A DNA stretch of 34,062 nucleotides from Planctomycetia bacterium (GTDB taxonomy: Bacteria; Planctomycetota; Planctomycetia; Gemmatales; Gemmataceae): assembly GCA_025356615.1 (NCBI GenBank), contig JANXSH010001052.1, positions 1 through 34,062 on the forward strand, written 5' to 3'. Made by a program: the position numbers and the translations under genes. How positions within the stretch are numbered: position 1 is the stretch's first letter; every line of letters begins with the position of its first letter. Shown piece after piece: positions 32,845 through 34,062 of the stretch. The notes under the pieces were generated by a model. The model did not search any database. It was given only the letters and a program-made list of their open reading frames with translations, and was not told the DNA's origin.

Positions 32845-34062
32845 TTACCGCTTGTGGTCGGCCAGGAGCTTTTGCAAGCGGGCCAGTTCGACGGGCTTGA
32901 GGAGGTGGGAGTCGAAGCCCGCTTCGCTCGCCTTCAGTCGGTCCCCAGGCTGCCCTGAGCCGGTCATTGCGACGAGCAGGACGCTGGCACCCAGCGCCTG
33001 CCGGACCTGCCGGGCGACCTCGTAGCCGTTCAGCCCCGGCATGTGGATGTCGATCAAGGCCACCTCGGGGCGGAGCGTCAGGGCCGCCTCGACGCCGCGA
33101 GTACCGTCCTCGGCCACATCCACCCGGTGCCCCAGAAGCCCGAGCAGGGTGGCCAGGCTCTCCCGGCCATCCTGGTTGTCTTCCACGATCAGGATGTGAC
33201 GGGAAGGAACCGCGTCGTCGGTCCGCGCTTCGGAATCCAGCCGTTCCGGCCTGTCCGTGCACAGGGGAAGCCGGACGGTGAATTCGGCCCCCTTGCCGAG
33301 GCCGTGGCTGGTCGCGACGACCGACCCGTTGTGCAGTTCGACCAACTGGCGAACGAGCGAGAGGCCGATGCCCAGTCCGCCCGGAGAGTGCTTCCCGCCC
33401 TGGTCGATCTGGGTGAACAGCTCGAAGACCCGCCCCAACTGGTCCGGGGGAATGCCGACGCCGTCGTCCCGAACACGGAAAACAGCGTCCGACGCCTCGC
33501 CGGCGGCGTCGAGCCAGATGTGGCCCCCTTCGGGGGTGTATTTCGCGGCGTTATTGAGGAGGTTGACCGCGACCTGGACGAGCCGGTCCTGGTCCCCCTC
33601 GACCCAAAGGGGCTCCGCCGGAACCTGGGTCGAGAGCAAGTGCCGCCGGGCCTCCCGAAGTGGGGCGTTCATCTGGACCGCCTGCTCGAGGACGGTACGA
33701 AGGTCGCACCGCCCCTTGCGGAGTTCCAATTTCCCCTGCGAGACGCGGGACACGTCCATCAGGTCGTCTACGAGTCGCGTCATCTGGCCCACTTGCCGCT
33801 CCATGACCTCCCGGACCTGCCGGAAGATCGGGGGGATCGCTCCCCCGACCCGTACCAACTCCAGGGAGGTCCGCAGCGGGGCGAGGGGGTTGCGCAATTC
33901 GTGGGCCAGGGTCGCCAAGAACTCATTCTTGCGGCTGTCGACCGCGCGTAAGTTTTCCTCCGTCCGCCGCGCTTGCTCCTCGATATTGCGGACGTACAGT
34001 TCGACGCTCGTCTCGATCGCCTCGTCGAGGGCCAGCCCGATCGCCTGCATCTCGCGGAGCCG
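32845..34062 (-). CDS. Hybrid sensor histidine kinase / response regulator; the 3' part is present and the gene continues past the window end
   Basis: The HisKA H-box is FLATLAHELRNPLAP. The HATPase_c G-boxes are RDDGVGIP and GGLGIGLSLVRQLVELHNG. The C-terminal receiver is ILIVEDNQDGR...DIHMPGLNGYEVA...TGSGQP. The reading frame is still open at 34062. Confidence 0.9.
   Translation of the reverse strand, partial: RLREMQAIGLALDEAIETSVELYVRNIEEQARRTEENLRAVDSRKNEFLATLAHELRNPLAPLRTSLELVRVGGAIPPIFRQVREVMERQVGQMTRLVDDLMDVSRVSQGKLELRKGRCDLRTVLEQAVQMNAPLREARRHLLSTQVPAEPLWVEGDQDRLVQVAVNLLNNAAKYTPEGGHIWLDAAGEASDAVFRVRDDGVGIPPDQLGRVFELFTQIDQGGKHSPGGLGIGLSLVRQLVELHNGSVVATSHGLGKGAEFTVRLPLCTDRPERLDSEARTDDAVPSRHILIVEDNQDGRESLATLLGLLGHRVDVAEDGTRGVEAALTLRPEVALIDIHMPGLNGYEVARQVRQALGASVLLVAMTGSGQPGDRLKASEAGFDSHLLKPVELARLQKLLADHKR

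Overview
High-GC bacterial chromosomal window with about 30 protein-coding genes. I found no rRNA, no CRISPR array, no transposase or integrase, and no canonical tRNA gene. Several features suggest a Planctomycetota (Gemmata-like) genome, by inference only since no database search was possible: a DUF1549/DUF1553 protein, an LEALEDRTVLS-type N-terminus on a secreted RTX protein, palindromic intergenic repeats translating as SPL..RGEG, and an RpoD with a long N-terminal extension. Housekeeping genes are polA (5' part only), a beta-CASP MBL-fold RNase, pheT, a DEAD-box helicase, rpoD, an RluB/RsuA-type pseudouridine synthase, pyrK, an SRPBCC protein and a hybrid histidine kinase (partial). Accessory content includes an MBOAT plus SGNH-like acyltransferase pair, a DUF433/PIN-like pair beside a decayed higBA, and an orphan ECF sigma factor. 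It also includes a Uma2 endonuclease, a YiiX-like permuted papain hydrolase, an MRJP/yellow-family protein, an adenylate-kinase-like fusion, and an overlapping pair of unknown genes. Two paralogous PD-(D/E)xK genes bracket a hicBA pair, and there is a calpain-like protease with RTX repeats. The most unusual feature is the 370 nt between 2272 and 2642 on the minus strand. It holds two tandem circularly permuted tRNA-like modules (T-arm, 3' acceptor strand, short loop, 5' acceptor strand, D-arm) ending at a strong intrinsic terminator. This is the topology described for YrlA-type bacterial Y RNAs, but no Ro/Rsr gene lies in the window. Many long ORFs in the supplied track are antisense shadow ORFs typical of high-GC DNA and were not called.
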